This document shows, piece after piece, positions 20,345 through 29,530 of a stretch of DNA of 64,000 bases. The stretch is from NCBI GenBank assembly GCA_045617585.1, contig JAZLIW010000149.1:1671-65670 (forward strand), given 5' to 3'. The notes below the pieces were generated by a model. The model saw only the letters and a program-made list of their open reading frames with translations. It searched no databases and was not told the DNA's origin. The stretch comes from Eubacteriales bacterium. Its GTDB lineage: Bacteria > Bacillota > Clostridia > Oscillospirales > CAG-272. Made by a program: the position numbers and the translations under genes. How positions within the stretch are numbered: the stretch's first letter is position 1; every line of letters starts with the position of its first letter.

Positions 20345-20372
20345 TTGACATTACGCCGTTTCATGCTATAAT
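20345..20372 (+). promoter_or_regulatory. Sigma-A-type promoter for the SDR gene
   Basis: TTGACA (20345-20350), 16-nt spacer, TGc-TATAAT (20367-20372). Confidence 0.5.
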
Positions 20373-20413
20373 GAAGATACATAAATTCCATATCGATCCG
20401 GAGGAACACTGAT

Positions 20414-21205
20414 ATGATGAAAATCGATTTTACCGGTAAGACCGTTGTGATCACCGGTGCGGCAGGCGGTATCGGCTCTGCCATGGCAAAGGAATTCGCC
20501 TCTAACGGCGCAAACGTCGCCGTCTGCTATCTCGGCGTCGAGCCCTATGCGGAGACGCTGATCAAAGAGATCCGCGATGCGGGCGGTACCGCGGAGCTGA
20601 TCAAAATGGACGTCACCAACCGCGAGACTCTTCCCGCCGCGGCAAAGGAGATCATGGACAAGTTCGGCAGGATCGACGTTCTGATCAACAACGCGGGCGT
20701 CAACGTCAAGGCGGAAGACCGCTTCCCGATCCACGGCTTTGCCGAAAAGAACTGGGACTGGATCACCGGCGTCGATCTCGACGGGGTCTACAACGTTTCC
20801 AAAGCGATCATTCCCTATATGCTTGAAAACGGCGGCGGCAACATCATCAATATCACCTCGGTCGTCGGCCTCGTTCCCTTCCGCAAGCAGTGCGCTTTCG
20901 CTGCAGCGAAGGCGGGCGTTGCCAACCTGACCAAGGCAATGGCGATCGAGCTTGCCGAGAACAATATCCGCGTCAACGCGATCGCTCCCGGTTCCATCAT
21001 GTTCGAGGGGACCAAGGCGCTGTTCTATAACGACCCCGCCAAGGCCGAAGCGATGCTCGTCAACATCCCGCAGCACCGTCCCGGCGATCCCACCGATATC
21101 GCCTACGCAGCCTGCTATCTCGCGTCCGATTACGCGGGCTACGTGACCGGCTCCATCCTGACGGTCGACGGCGGCTGGACCTGCGGCTTCGCAAGAGATT
21201 TCTGA
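20414..21205 (+). CDS. SDR family oxidoreductase (FabG/KduD-like)
   Basis: TGAAGGIG cofactor motif, NNAG, S...YxxxK-type active-site region, and a C-terminal GGW tail. Confidence 0.88.
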   Translation: MMKIDFTGKTVVITGAAGGIGSAMAKEFASNGANVAVCYLGVEPYAETLIKEIRDAGGTAELIKMDVTNRETLPAAAKEIMDKFGRIDVLINNAGVNVKAEDRFPIHGFAEKNWDWITGVDLDGVYNVSKAIIPYMLENGGGNIINITSVVGLVPFRKQCAFAAAKAGVANLTKAMAIELAENNIRVNAIAPGSIMFEGTKALFYNDPAKAEAMLVNIPQHRPGDPTDIAYAACYLASDYAGYVTGSILTVDGGWTCGFARDF

Positions 21206-21222
21206 TCCGTTTCATAAAAATG

Positions 21223-21266
21223 AAAACCTTCTTTCCGGGGACCGTGTTTCCCGTAAAGAAGGTTTT
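21223..21266. terminator. Bidirectional terminator
   Basis: AAAACCTTCTTT / AAAGAAGGTTTT 12-bp stem between convergent genes. Confidence 0.75.
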
Positions 21267-21272
21267 CTTCGT

Positions 21273-22841
21273 TTATTTCGAGCCTTTCGTTTCAGCCGCT
21301 TCCGATTGTCTGCGGCGGATGAAAGACACCGCTTTTCCGGATGCCGAGATCCAGCCGTAGGCGGCGTACGGAAGCAGAAACACCGCGTAAGGGATGATAT
21401 ACTGCGATTTTCCCTCAAAGATCGCATGGTACAGGAAACCTCCCATAAAGACCGCGGGAAGGAGAAGTTGTTCCGGCACCGTCTTTTTGCCGAACAGGAA
21501 AAAGAGAGACAGAAAGAAGCCCGCGTATACGACGACCGAAAGCCGGTTCATATAATCCTTGACCGGGTATTCGCCTTCCCCGCAGATCCACTTCGCGATG
21601 CCGATCTTCGGTCCGTACTGTCCGCGGACCTGATTGGTCCAGACGCTCTGATAAGTGCTTTCGTGCCATTGGCTGACGATCTTTTTCGAGAAGAAGGAGA
21701 TCCCCTCGGCAGGGTCCTCCAGCAGCTCCGCGACCCGTTCCCGGATCGCGTCCTTCGCCAGTTTTCCGGTCGCCTCGGGATCAAGACTGCACTTGGAAAA
21801 ATTGACGACCGTATAATGTGCGTCGTACCAGCCGTATGAGATCGAACGGGACGTCATCCCCATTGCCGCCCAGCAGACCATCGGGATCCCTTCGCCGAAA
21901 TCCTTCTCCGCTTTCTTTTCATAATACGAGATCCCGATCCCCTTGAGACCAAGGACCGAGGCAAGCAGCAACGCAAGCGCCGCGTACTGCTTCGGGTCTC
22001 GGTATTCCTTCAGCAGGATCAGGAGAAAAACGGCGCAAAGCGCAGCGACCGGGATCATATTGTTCAGCTTCAGCAGAACGGCGAGCGTGCCGCAGAGCGC
22101 CATCGGAAGCGCCCAGATCAGCTTACCGGAGGAGCGGAACGACAGAAAGCAGTCGATCATCAGGACGGCAAACATCATCCCCGGGACCGTCCCGTATAAG
22201 AACGAGCAGAACAGGATCGGCTGGATAAACAGGATGAGGAACGCGAACAGAAGCACGGTGACCCTTCTGTCGCTGAAGATCCGGTCGGTGATCCGGAGGA
22301 GGATCGCCTCGGCGATCGCAAGACAGAAGACGTTGACGACCTCGATCGCGAGATAGTGATCCGTCAGTGAAAAGACACGGCAGAGGATCTCGGTCCAAAG
22401 CACGTAACCGAGCTGAAACGGGAAGCGGAGATAATATTCCCTGTCAAACTCCGAAAGATCCCCGTTTGCCGCCTTGGCGCCCGTGACCGTAACGATATAG
22501 GAATCGTGCGTCGGCGCGGAGCGGGACGTCAGAATGAACCAAGTTCCGATCCCGACGACCCAGATCAGGATCAGCAGCGAAAAAACGTAAGACGGGATCT
22601 TGATTTCTTTTTTCGACACCAGGCCGAAAACGCAGAGGGTCACGAAAAACAGCGCGAGCGTGATAATATTCCACAGAACGGAATCCCGGAGAAACACCAC
22701 GTTTTCCAGTGACGAATTCTCCATATTCATATCGACCCTGCAGAATAACCCGCTGACCGCAAGGAATCCCGCGGCGAGCAGGATCAGCACGAGCGCGATC
22801 CGCTGTAAAATGACAGTCGTATTTCCTTTGACTGATTCCAT
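21273..22841 (-). CDS. Large polytopic membrane protein, GT-C-like (ArnT/PMT/GT39-type) candidate glycosyltransferase
   Basis: 522 aa with more than 10 TM helices. An acidic/aromatic first extracytoplasmic loop (THDSY...FDREYY). The assignment is architectural, not motif-proof. Confidence 0.5.
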   Translation of the reverse strand: MESVKGNTTVILQRIALVLILLAAGFLAVSGLFCRVDMNMENSSLENVVFLRDSVLWNIITLALFFVTLCVFGLVSKKEIKIPSYVFSLLILIWVVGIGTWFILTSRSAPTHDSYIVTVTGAKAANGDLSEFDREYYLRFPFQLGYVLWTEILCRVFSLTDHYLAIEVVNVFCLAIAEAILLRITDRIFSDRRVTVLLFAFLILFIQPILFCSFLYGTVPGMMFAVLMIDCFLSFRSSGKLIWALPMALCGTLAVLLKLNNMIPVAALCAVFLLILLKEYRDPKQYAALALLLASVLGLKGIGISYYEKKAEKDFGEGIPMVCWAAMGMTSRSISYGWYDAHYTVVNFSKCSLDPEATGKLAKDAIRERVAELLEDPAEGISFFSKKIVSQWHESTYQSVWTNQVRGQYGPKIGIAKWICGEGEYPVKDYMNRLSVVVYAGFFLSLFFLFGKKTVPEQLLLPAVFMGGFLYHAIFEGKSQYIIPYAVFLLPYAAYGWISASGKAVSFIRRRQSEAAETKGSK

Positions 22842-22863
22842 CTGGCTTCACTTCCTTTCCTGC

Positions 22864-22892
22864 ATTATAGCAGAAAAGAAAGGAACTTGCAA
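22864..22892 (-). promoter_or_regulatory. Sigma-A-type promoter for the GT-C-like gene
   Basis: On the minus strand, TTGCAA, 17-nt spacer, TGc-TATAAT. Confidence 0.6.
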
Positions 22893-22910
22893 GAAAAAGT
22901 TTTTCCCACC

Positions 22911-24089
22911 TCAGCCGAACAGGAATCTTTGCAGCACGCGCAGGAATACGTCTTTGAAGCCGAGCCGCAGTACCTCGGACGACGCCTTGATATCCGCGCT
23001 TCCGATCTCTTCCCCATCCAGAAGGAACCGGGCAGTGCCGACGATCTGTCCTTTCCTGACCGGAGCGTCGACCGGACCGCGAAGCTCCGTCACGACCTCG
23101 GGTACGGCAGTGCTTTTTTTCTCTTTCAGATAGACCCCGCCCCCGTATTCCGTCCCGACCGTTTCCGCGGTCCCTCCGAGCACGGAGAGGGGACCCGCAT
23201 CCCCTCCGGGAACGGTCACGGAACGGTAATGGGAAAAGCCGTAATCCAATAATTTCTTTGCCTCTTCGTTCCGGATATCGCGGGTGTCCGCGCCCATGAC
23301 CACGGCGATCAGCTGCATCCCGTCGCGCTCTGCTGCGGCGCTGATACAGTATTTCGCCTTGGAGGTGGAACCGGTCTTCAGCCCGTTCGCGCCAGGATAG
23401 AACCGGATCAGCCGATTGGTATTGGAAAGACCGAACGCACCGTCCCGGATCGTATCCATCCAGATCGAACTGTATTTCAGGATCTGCGGATGCTTCACGA
23501 TCAGTTCTCTCGACATGACGGCGATATCCGCGGCAGAGGTCAGGTGGCGCTCCGCGGTATCGTCAAGTCCCGTCGGATTCTCAAAAAGCGTCGACGTCAT
23601 CCCGAGCTCCGCCGCCTTTTCGTTCATTTTCGCGGTAAAAGCATCAACGCTTCCGCTGACCGCCTCGGCAAGCGCCACCGCGGCGTCGTTTGCGGAAGAA
23701 ATGACAACGGACTTCAGCAGATCCTCCACCCGCATCGTCTCCCCCGGCTCCAGATAGATCTGTGAGCCGCCCATTCCCGCAGCAGTTCCGCTGACCGTGA
23801 TCTCCGCGTCAAGCTCCAGTGTCCCGGCGTCGATCGCCTCCATGACGAGAAGCAGCGTCATGACCTTCGTAACGGAAGCGGGAGGGTACGCCGTGCTTCC
23901 GTTCATATCGTATAAAACGGTTCCCGTCGCGGCATCCATCAGCACGGCAGATCGGGCGCGCACTTCAAAAGGGAGTGCCGTCTCCGGTGATGCGACCGTA
24001 AGTTCCTCCGCGTTACCGGAGATCCCGGCACCGATCAGGCATAGAAACGACAGAAAAACGCATATCGCTGCTTTGATTCCTTTTCGCAT
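22911..24089 (-). CDS. D-alanyl-D-alanine carboxypeptidase (S11, PBP5/DacB-like), exported
   Basis: Signal peptide. Motifs SVTKVMT (SxxK), SSANDA (SxN) and KTGST (KTG), plus a C-terminal PBP5_C-like domain. Confidence 0.9.
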   Translation of the reverse strand: MRKGIKAAICVFLSFLCLIGAGISGNAEELTVASPETALPFEVRARSAVLMDAATGTVLYDMNGSTAYPPASVTKVMTLLLVMEAIDAGTLELDAEITVSGTAAGMGGSQIYLEPGETMRVEDLLKSVVISSANDAAVALAEAVSGSVDAFTAKMNEKAAELGMTSTLFENPTGLDDTAERHLTSAADIAVMSRELIVKHPQILKYSSIWMDTIRDGAFGLSNTNRLIRFYPGANGLKTGSTSKAKYCISAAAERDGMQLIAVVMGADTRDIRNEEAKKLLDYGFSHYRSVTVPGGDAGPLSVLGGTAETVGTEYGGGVYLKEKKSTAVPEVVTELRGPVDAPVRKGQIVGTARFLLDGEEIGSADIKASSEVLRLGFKDVFLRVLQRFLFG

Positions 24090-24143
24090 CTCAATTACCC
24101 CGTTTTTTCTCTACTCTATGCTGCCGTTCACCGTTTCAGAACG

Positions 24144-24169
24144 AAAAAGCACCTGCCTTCACAAGTGCT
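24144..24169 (-). terminator. Rho-independent terminator after the SGNH gene
   Basis: On the minus strand, AGCACTTG / CAGGTGCT stem followed by TTTTTCG. Confidence 0.5.
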
Positions 24170-24222
24170 TTCACAAACGGTCAACGAGAAACGATTCAGG
24201 GACGACGTTCCTTTGACCGAAA

Positions 24223-25290
24223 TCAGCGGAAGATAGGGTCGATCCCGATCAGTTTTTCGTATACCCTCTTTGCAAAGAGCCGGAAGCCGAGGTCGTTCGG
24301 ATGCGTACCGTCGACCGTACAGCTTCCTCGGTCCTCTCCCTCAAACAGTTCTTTCCCATCGATGAAATACACGTTTTGATCTCCTTCGGCAATCGCTCGG
24401 TCGTAGGTCTCCTTCACGACCGCCGCGCGTTCCAACCATTTCGGAGTCTCTCCGTCGTTTTCGGGTGCGGAGATCAGAAGCATCGGCGTATCGGGATGTG
24501 CATTGCGAAAGGTCTTATACAGCGGATAGTGCGTCTTGCTGAGATACTCCGGATCCGGCGTGTTATGGTCGTAGTCAACAACGAACACGGAAGGATCGAG
24601 CGACGCAAGATACTCTGCTACGGTTTCCTCGGCAAGCGCCGAGCCCGAAAAGCCAAGATTGATGAAATCAATGCCGTTCCATTTGTAGATAAAGGATTCG
24701 TAGGTATTGTCGGGTCTTGAGGTGCAGCCGCCCTGCGTGATCGAAGAACCGTAGTAGAGGATCGGCTTCACGTCCGGACGCAGAGGGTCGCTCGCCCCGA
24801 CCTTCGTACCCGCGGGAAAAGCGATCTTCAGTGAGCGGACGTCGTTATAGGCGGGAAAGAAAAGGACGTATTTCCGCATCCCTTCGCCTGGAAGCTCGCT
24901 CACGGCTGAATATTCCGGCTTCGGCGGGAGGAAAGCGGCACGGTGAAAGTACCCCCGATCGGTCTCCTCCAGCAGAAAGAAACCGCTTCTTCCGGGAAGC
25001 GACATCGGTGGGAAGACTGTCAGCTTGTCACTGACGACGGAGAGCATGATCTGCTTCGCGTCGGTCGTAAAGCGAAGCCTGCCGCCTGAAGTATGCGCGT
25101 TTACGTCCTTCACGCCCGGATTGACCTTCTCTGCGATTTCGGAGGGCATCCGGACGAAGCGGTTCGTGCTCTCTTCAAAGAAGATACCGGAGAGGGAGAA
25201 ACGAGGATCGGGGATCGTGTATTCCTCAAACGTTTCGCCCGATGGGGTCGAAACGAGTTCGATATGATTTTCGTGATCGGTGCTCTTCAT
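24223..25290 (-). CDS. SGNH/GDSL hydrolase family protein with an N-terminal beta-domain
   Basis: Block I YYGSSITQG, block V DGTHPND. About 170 aa of N-terminal extra domain. No signal peptide. Confidence 0.75.
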   Translation of the reverse strand: MKSTDHENHIELVSTPSGETFEEYTIPDPRFSLSGIFFEESTNRFVRMPSEIAEKVNPGVKDVNAHTSGGRLRFTTDAKQIMLSVVSDKLTVFPPMSLPGRSGFFLLEETDRGYFHRAAFLPPKPEYSAVSELPGEGMRKYVLFFPAYNDVRSLKIAFPAGTKVGASDPLRPDVKPILYYGSSITQGGCTSRPDNTYESFIYKWNGIDFINLGFSGSALAEETVAEYLASLDPSVFVVDYDHNTPDPEYLSKTHYPLYKTFRNAHPDTPMLLISAPENDGETPKWLERAAVVKETYDRAIAEGDQNVYFIDGKELFEGEDRGSCTVDGTHPNDLGFRLFAKRVYEKLIGIDPIFR

Positions 25291-25364
25291 GACCTTACTC
25301 CTTTGTCGGAAATGCAGTCTTCCATCTTATTGGTTAAAACTTATAAGATTTACTAAGACTTCAT

Positions 25365-25390
25365 TGAAAAAAGCATCCCGAAGGATGCTT
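25365..25390 (-). terminator. Terminator of tRNA-Gln
   Basis: AAGCATCC-cgaa-GGATGCTT stem, with a T-run on the minus strand. Confidence 0.65.
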
Positions 25391-25394
25391 CTTT

Positions 25395-25468
25395 CTGGCT
25401 GGGGATGAGGGATTTGAACCCCCTCAAACAGAGTCAGAGTCTGTCGTGCTGCCGTTACACAAATCCCC
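25395..25468 (-). tRNA. tRNA-Gln (anticodon CUG), CCA encoded
   Basis: Hand-folded cloverleaf. Acceptor TGGGGAT/ATCCCCA, anticodon stem ACAGA/TCTGT, loop CTCTGAC, T-loop TTCAAAT. Confidence 0.9.
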
Positions 25469-25479
25469 ATTGCGTTAAA

Positions 25480-25508
25480 GATTATAGCACGGCCGGCGCG
25501 ATTTGTCA
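25480..25508 (-). promoter_or_regulatory. Sigma-A-type promoter of tRNA-Gln
   Basis: On the minus strand, TTGACA, 17-nt spacer, TGc-TATAAT, ending 11 nt before the mature 5' end. Confidence 0.65.
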
Positions 25509-25599
25509 AGACAAAAAGCCGAAAAAAATCGGGTGCCGAACCATCTTGTCGAATATGTTCAAATTTGTCTGTTATATGAACGGTTTTTTATAAATTTGA

Positions 25600-25628
25600 T
25601 TGACATTTCCGTTTCTTTATGCTATAAT
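25600..25628 (+). promoter_or_regulatory. Sigma-A-type promoter of the TetR-headed operon
   Basis: TTGACA (25600-25605), 17-nt spacer, TGc-TATAAT (25623-25628). Confidence 0.65.
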
Positions 25629-25662
25629 GAACGTGTTCATAAAAAGATCAGAGGAAAGTCTT

Positions 25663-26202
25663 ATGCCGAAAATCATAGAAAACGTCAAAGAACAGCTTCT
25701 TGCGGAAGCAAGAAAACAGATCACGGAAAACGGTTATTCCAAAACGACGATCCGTTCCGTCGCCGGTGCCTGCGGGCTCGCGGTCGGCACCGTCTACAAC
25801 TACTTTCCCTCCAAGGATTATCTGATCGCTTCCTTCATGCTGGAGGACTGGATGAAAACAGAGGAAGCGATGCGCGCCGGGATCGGTGCCGCCGCGGACG
25901 GGAAAGAAGCCGTGCGCGCCGTCTGGGACGGGATACGCGCGTTTTCCGAGGATCATAAAGACCTCTTTTCCGATCAGGACGCAGCCGCGGACTACGGTGC
26001 TCATTTCAGCGACAAGCACGGCCTGCTCCGCAGTCGGATCGCGGCACTTCTCACCGGTCTTTTTCCCGCATTGCCGGAGCCTGACCGCAGGTTCCGCGCG
26101 GAATTTCTTGCAGAGTCGCTCCTATCCTGGTCCTGCACCTCACATTCCTTCCCCGAACTATGGAGCGTCCTCTCCCTCATCACGTCATCCGAAGAAATAT
26201 AA
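25663..26202 (+). CDS. TetR/AcrR family transcriptional regulator
   Basis: N-terminal helix-turn-helix (GYSKTTIRSVAGACGLAVGTVYNYFPSKD). Start trimmed to the ATG after a GAGGAAAG RBS. Confidence 0.9.
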   Translation: MPKIIENVKEQLLAEARKQITENGYSKTTIRSVAGACGLAVGTVYNYFPSKDYLIASFMLEDWMKTEEAMRAGIGAAADGKEAVRAVWDGIRAFSEDHKDLFSDQDAAADYGAHFSDKHGLLRSRIAALLTGLFPALPEPDRRFRAEFLAESLLSWSCTSHSFPELWSVLSLITSSEEI

Positions 26203-26220
26203 AATATAAGGAGAATCACC

Positions 26221-27156
26221 ATGAGCAGCTTTGAAAATCTTCGCATCGTAGACAATTTCTACCAGACTTCCCTGTTCTTCCCCATGCCTACCGTCGTCAT
26301 CGGTACACTGTGCGAGGACGGCAGCACGACGCTCGGTCCGTATTCCCTGGTTCAGCCCTATTACGTCGCGGGAAAAGATTTCTACGCAATGCTCCTTTCC
26401 TGCCGTAACTCCTCCAATACTGCCCAGAACATCCTCCGCACCGGAAAATGCACGATCAACTTCATTGACGACAACCCGAAATCGTTCAAGGAAGCCGTCA
26501 AGCTGTCGTGGCCGGGAGACAAACCCTCCGACAAAATGCCGAAGTGCAGCTTCCGTCTGGAAAAGGGTCAGATCGAGGAAGAGACCGGAGAAAAGCGTCC
26601 GATGGTTCTGACCGACGCGATCGAGGCGATCGAATGCACCTGGGTCAGCACGCTCGACCACGCCGAGAACGACAAGCCCGGCTGCCTGAACGGTTACGAG
26701 GGACCGTATCACGATTTCAACGGCATCACCTCCAAATTCGGCGCGCATTTCATCCTGAAGATCGACCGGATCTTAATGAAGAAGAAATACTCCGACGCGA
26801 TCATCAACGGCGTACGCGCAAAGGACTTCCCTCCGCTTCCCGTCGACTACGGTTACCGGGACAGCAAGAACTTCTGGTTCCACCGCAAAGCCAGACTGAG
26901 AGCGGAGCTGCTTCAGATCCGTCAGGCATCGCTCGAGTCGGTCCGTTATGCTGCCGACCGTGCCGACGACAAAGTGAAATTCACGGACGCCGCCCTCAAG
27001 ACCCTCCTGAACGTGCCGCGCGTCTTCCTTCCCCTCGTCCTGAAGGGCTGCGTCGACTGGGCAAAGGAAAACAACGTCACCCTGATCGACGAACCCGAGA
27101 TGAAGATCATCAACGACAAGAGAGCGGAAGAAAAGAAAAAACAGAACAAGAAATAA
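26221..27156 (+). CDS. Flavin-reductase-like (FMN-binding split-barrel) domain protein with a C-terminal extension
   Basis: N-terminal PMPTVVIGTLCEDGSTTLGPYS matches the flavin reductase-like core pattern. The C-terminal half of about 130 aa is unassigned. Confidence 0.55.
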   Translation: MSSFENLRIVDNFYQTSLFFPMPTVVIGTLCEDGSTTLGPYSLVQPYYVAGKDFYAMLLSCRNSSNTAQNILRTGKCTINFIDDNPKSFKEAVKLSWPGDKPSDKMPKCSFRLEKGQIEEETGEKRPMVLTDAIEAIECTWVSTLDHAENDKPGCLNGYEGPYHDFNGITSKFGAHFILKIDRILMKKKYSDAIINGVRAKDFPPLPVDYGYRDSKNFWFHRKARLRAELLQIRQASLESVRYAADRADDKVKFTDAALKTLLNVPRVFLPLVLKGCVDWAKENNVTLIDEPEMKIINDKRAEEKKKQNKK

Positions 27157-27195
27157 TCATCTGAAATAATACTGACAATCTGAGGAGGAAAAATC

Positions 27196-28038
27196 ATGAA
27201 AGTCGTACTCGGCGGTGCTTTCGGTAATCTCGGAAGCGACGTATTGAAGACCCTGCTTGCGGCGGGACACGAGGTCATTGCTGCGGATATGGCGGAAAAG
27301 GATATCGGTGTGACCGGTTATACCTTCCGCAAGATCAACGCCACCGATCCCGAGACACTGAAGGGGCTATGTGACGGCGCGGACGTCGTCGTCACGACGA
27401 TCGGCCTGACCAAAGCTTCCGCGACGGTTTCCGCATACGATATCGATTATCACGGGAACCTGAATCTACTGAACGAAGCAAAGGCTGCGGGCGTGAAAAA
27501 CTTCGCGTTCGTTTCGGTCATCAAAGCAGACAAGGCACCCGATATCCCGATGCTCCACGCAAAGACCATGTTTGAAGCGGAACTGAAAAAGAGCGGCATG
27601 ACCCACGTCATCTTCCGTCCGACCGGATATTTTTACGACATCGTCAAGGTCTTCCGTCCGATGGTGGAAAAGGGCTCCGTTTCCCTGCTCGGCAAAAAGC
27701 CGATCCGCTGCAACGTGATCGCGACCGAGGACTTCGCGGAGTTCATCGTCGCACACATGTGCGATGAAAACCGCACCTACGACGTCGGCGGAAAAGAGAC
27801 CTATACCTACGAGGAGATCGCAAACCAATGCTTTGCCGCAGCGGGAAAAGAGCCCGTGATCAAGCACGCGCCCGCTCTTCTCTTTGACGTCCTTGCCCTG
27901 ATCGCGAAGATCAAAAAGAACGGCAGAGAAGGCGTCATCAAATTCGGTAAGTGGACGATGACGGAGGATATGATCGGCGACACGGTCTACGGAGACCGCA
28001 GTTTTGCCGAATATATCAGGAACAGCTTCGGAGGGTAA
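27196..28038 (+). CDS. NAD(P)-binding NmrA/atypical-SDR family protein
   Basis: N-terminal Rossmann motif VLGGAFGNLGSDV. 280 aa with NmrA-like length and layout. Confidence 0.75.
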   Translation: MKVVLGGAFGNLGSDVLKTLLAAGHEVIAADMAEKDIGVTGYTFRKINATDPETLKGLCDGADVVVTTIGLTKASATVSAYDIDYHGNLNLLNEAKAAGVKNFAFVSVIKADKAPDIPMLHAKTMFEAELKKSGMTHVIFRPTGYFYDIVKVFRPMVEKGSVSLLGKKPIRCNVIATEDFAEFIVAHMCDENRTYDVGGKETYTYEEIANQCFAAAGKEPVIKHAPALLFDVLALIAKIKKNGREGVIKFGKWTMTEDMIGDTVYGDRSFAEYIRNSFGG

Positions 28039-28042
28039 CGGT

Positions 28043-28846
28043 ATGCAGTGGACTTCCCTTCTGATCATATACGCCGTGTGCGCCGTCCTTTGTGCGGTCG
28101 GATTTAAGAAATTCGTCTATTTTCTCTCCATCGGCTACGGTTTTGCGGTGGCCGGCGGCGGCATCACGGTGCTGATCCTTGCACTCGTGAACGGATGGGC
28201 GGCAGGCGTCACCTGGCTTGCGGTCATCCAGACGCTTCTGTTCATCGCGTACGGTGCGCGTCTTTCCGGGTTCCTGCTCTACCGGGAACTCAAAAGCGCC
28301 TCTTACCGTAAAACGCTGAAGGACGACATCCAGGGTGACAAAAAGATGCCGGTCTTCGTGCTTGTCACGATCTGGATCTTCGTTGCCGCACTCTATACGA
28401 TCCAGGTCAGCCCCGTTCTTTACCGTTACGCAAACGGCGCAAAGGACGTCGCCGTCCCGCTGATCGGGGTCGTGATCTCGGTCGCCGGGCTGCTTCTTGA
28501 ATCCGAAGCAGACCGACAGAAATCCGCACAGAAAAAAGAAAACCCGAAAATGGTCGCGACCAAAGGACTCTACCGGATCGTTCGCTGCCCGAATTACCTC
28601 GGTGAGATCACCTTCTGGACGGGTGTCCTCGTCAGTTCCGTGACCGCGCTGAAAGGCGCCGGACAGTGGATCCTTGCGGTCGTCGCCTATATCAGCATCG
28701 TCTACATCATGTTCAACGGCGCGCAGCGTCTGGAAAAGAGGCAGATGGAACGGTACGGAGACGATCCCGCGTACAAAGCGTACGCGGACCGCACGCCGAT
28801 CCTTCTCCCGCTTCTGCCGATCTACCATCTGAATCAACAGAAATAA
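28043..28846 (+). CDS. DUF1295 / steroid 5-alpha-reductase-like membrane protein
   Basis: Polytopic. C-terminal RCPNYLGEITFWTG motif is characteristic of the DUF1295/ICMT-like reductase clan. 4-nt gap from the upstream stop. Confidence 0.7.
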   Translation: MQWTSLLIIYAVCAVLCAVGFKKFVYFLSIGYGFAVAGGGITVLILALVNGWAAGVTWLAVIQTLLFIAYGARLSGFLLYRELKSASYRKTLKDDIQGDKKMPVFVLVTIWIFVAALYTIQVSPVLYRYANGAKDVAVPLIGVVISVAGLLLESEADRQKSAQKKENPKMVATKGLYRIVRCPNYLGEITFWTGVLVSSVTALKGAGQWILAVVAYISIVYIMFNGAQRLEKRQMERYGDDPAYKAYADRTPILLPLLPIYHLNQQK

Positions 28847-28864
28847 AAAGGACGGGCAAACGGT

Positions 28865-29476
28865 ATGAAAGAGTTTTCCGTTGTCATGGCACTGGCGGAT
28901 TTTCTGCCGGTCGGTATCTTTCTCGCGTCCTTCCTGATCCTCAGCCGATTCCTGAACGGGAAATTGAGCAGCCGTTCCTTTACGCTGTTTTCCGCGGGAA
29001 TGGTGGACGTATTCCTTGCCGGTTTTCTCAAAGCAACCTACAAACTCCTCTATGCCGCAAACGTCTGCGACTTTTCCTCGCTGAACACGCTGTTCCTTCC
29101 CCTCCAGTCGATCGGTCTTCTTTTAGCCGGGATCGGAACGGTCGGTCTGTGCAAAAAGAAAAAAGAGACCGTCCTTTACGGAGAAGCGATTCCGACCGTC
29201 TTCACAGGAACGCTGCTGTTCATCCCGATGATGGTCCTCGGTCAGGCCATGTTCGACGTCGGTCTCTGCGTCTGTGCCGCCAAAGAAAAAAAGAAGCCGG
29301 CGATCGTGTTTTTCACGGTCAACCTGCTTCTCATGCTCGGGATGGGATATCTCTCGTCAAGGGATTTCGATACGGCAGCCGCGAACTGGGCAGCCGAAGG
29401 CGTCAACGTCGTCGGTCAGGGAATGCTGCTGATCGGAGCGCTGATCCTGACGAAGCGAACGCAAAAAGAAACATAA
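28865..29476 (+). CDS. Hypothetical integral membrane protein (about 6 TM)
   Basis: 203 aa, hydrophobic. Last gene before a strong terminator. Confidence 0.5.
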   Translation: MKEFSVVMALADFLPVGIFLASFLILSRFLNGKLSSRSFTLFSAGMVDVFLAGFLKATYKLLYAANVCDFSSLNTLFLPLQSIGLLLAGIGTVGLCKKKKETVLYGEAIPTVFTGTLLFIPMMVLGQAMFDVGLCVCAAKEKKKPAIVFFTVNLLLMLGMGYLSSRDFDTAAANWAAEGVNVVGQGMLLIGALILTKRTQKET

Positions 29477-29484
29477 ACGAACGA

Positions 29485-29530
29485 CCGGGAACGGACGGGA
29501 GAGCGATCTCCGTACCGTTCCCGGTTTTTT
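29485..29530 (+). terminator. Rho-independent terminator of the TetR-headed operon
   Basis: CCGGGAACGG / CCGTTCCCGG 10-bp stem followed by TTTTTT. Overlaps the stop codon of the convergent amidase gene. Confidence 0.8.
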
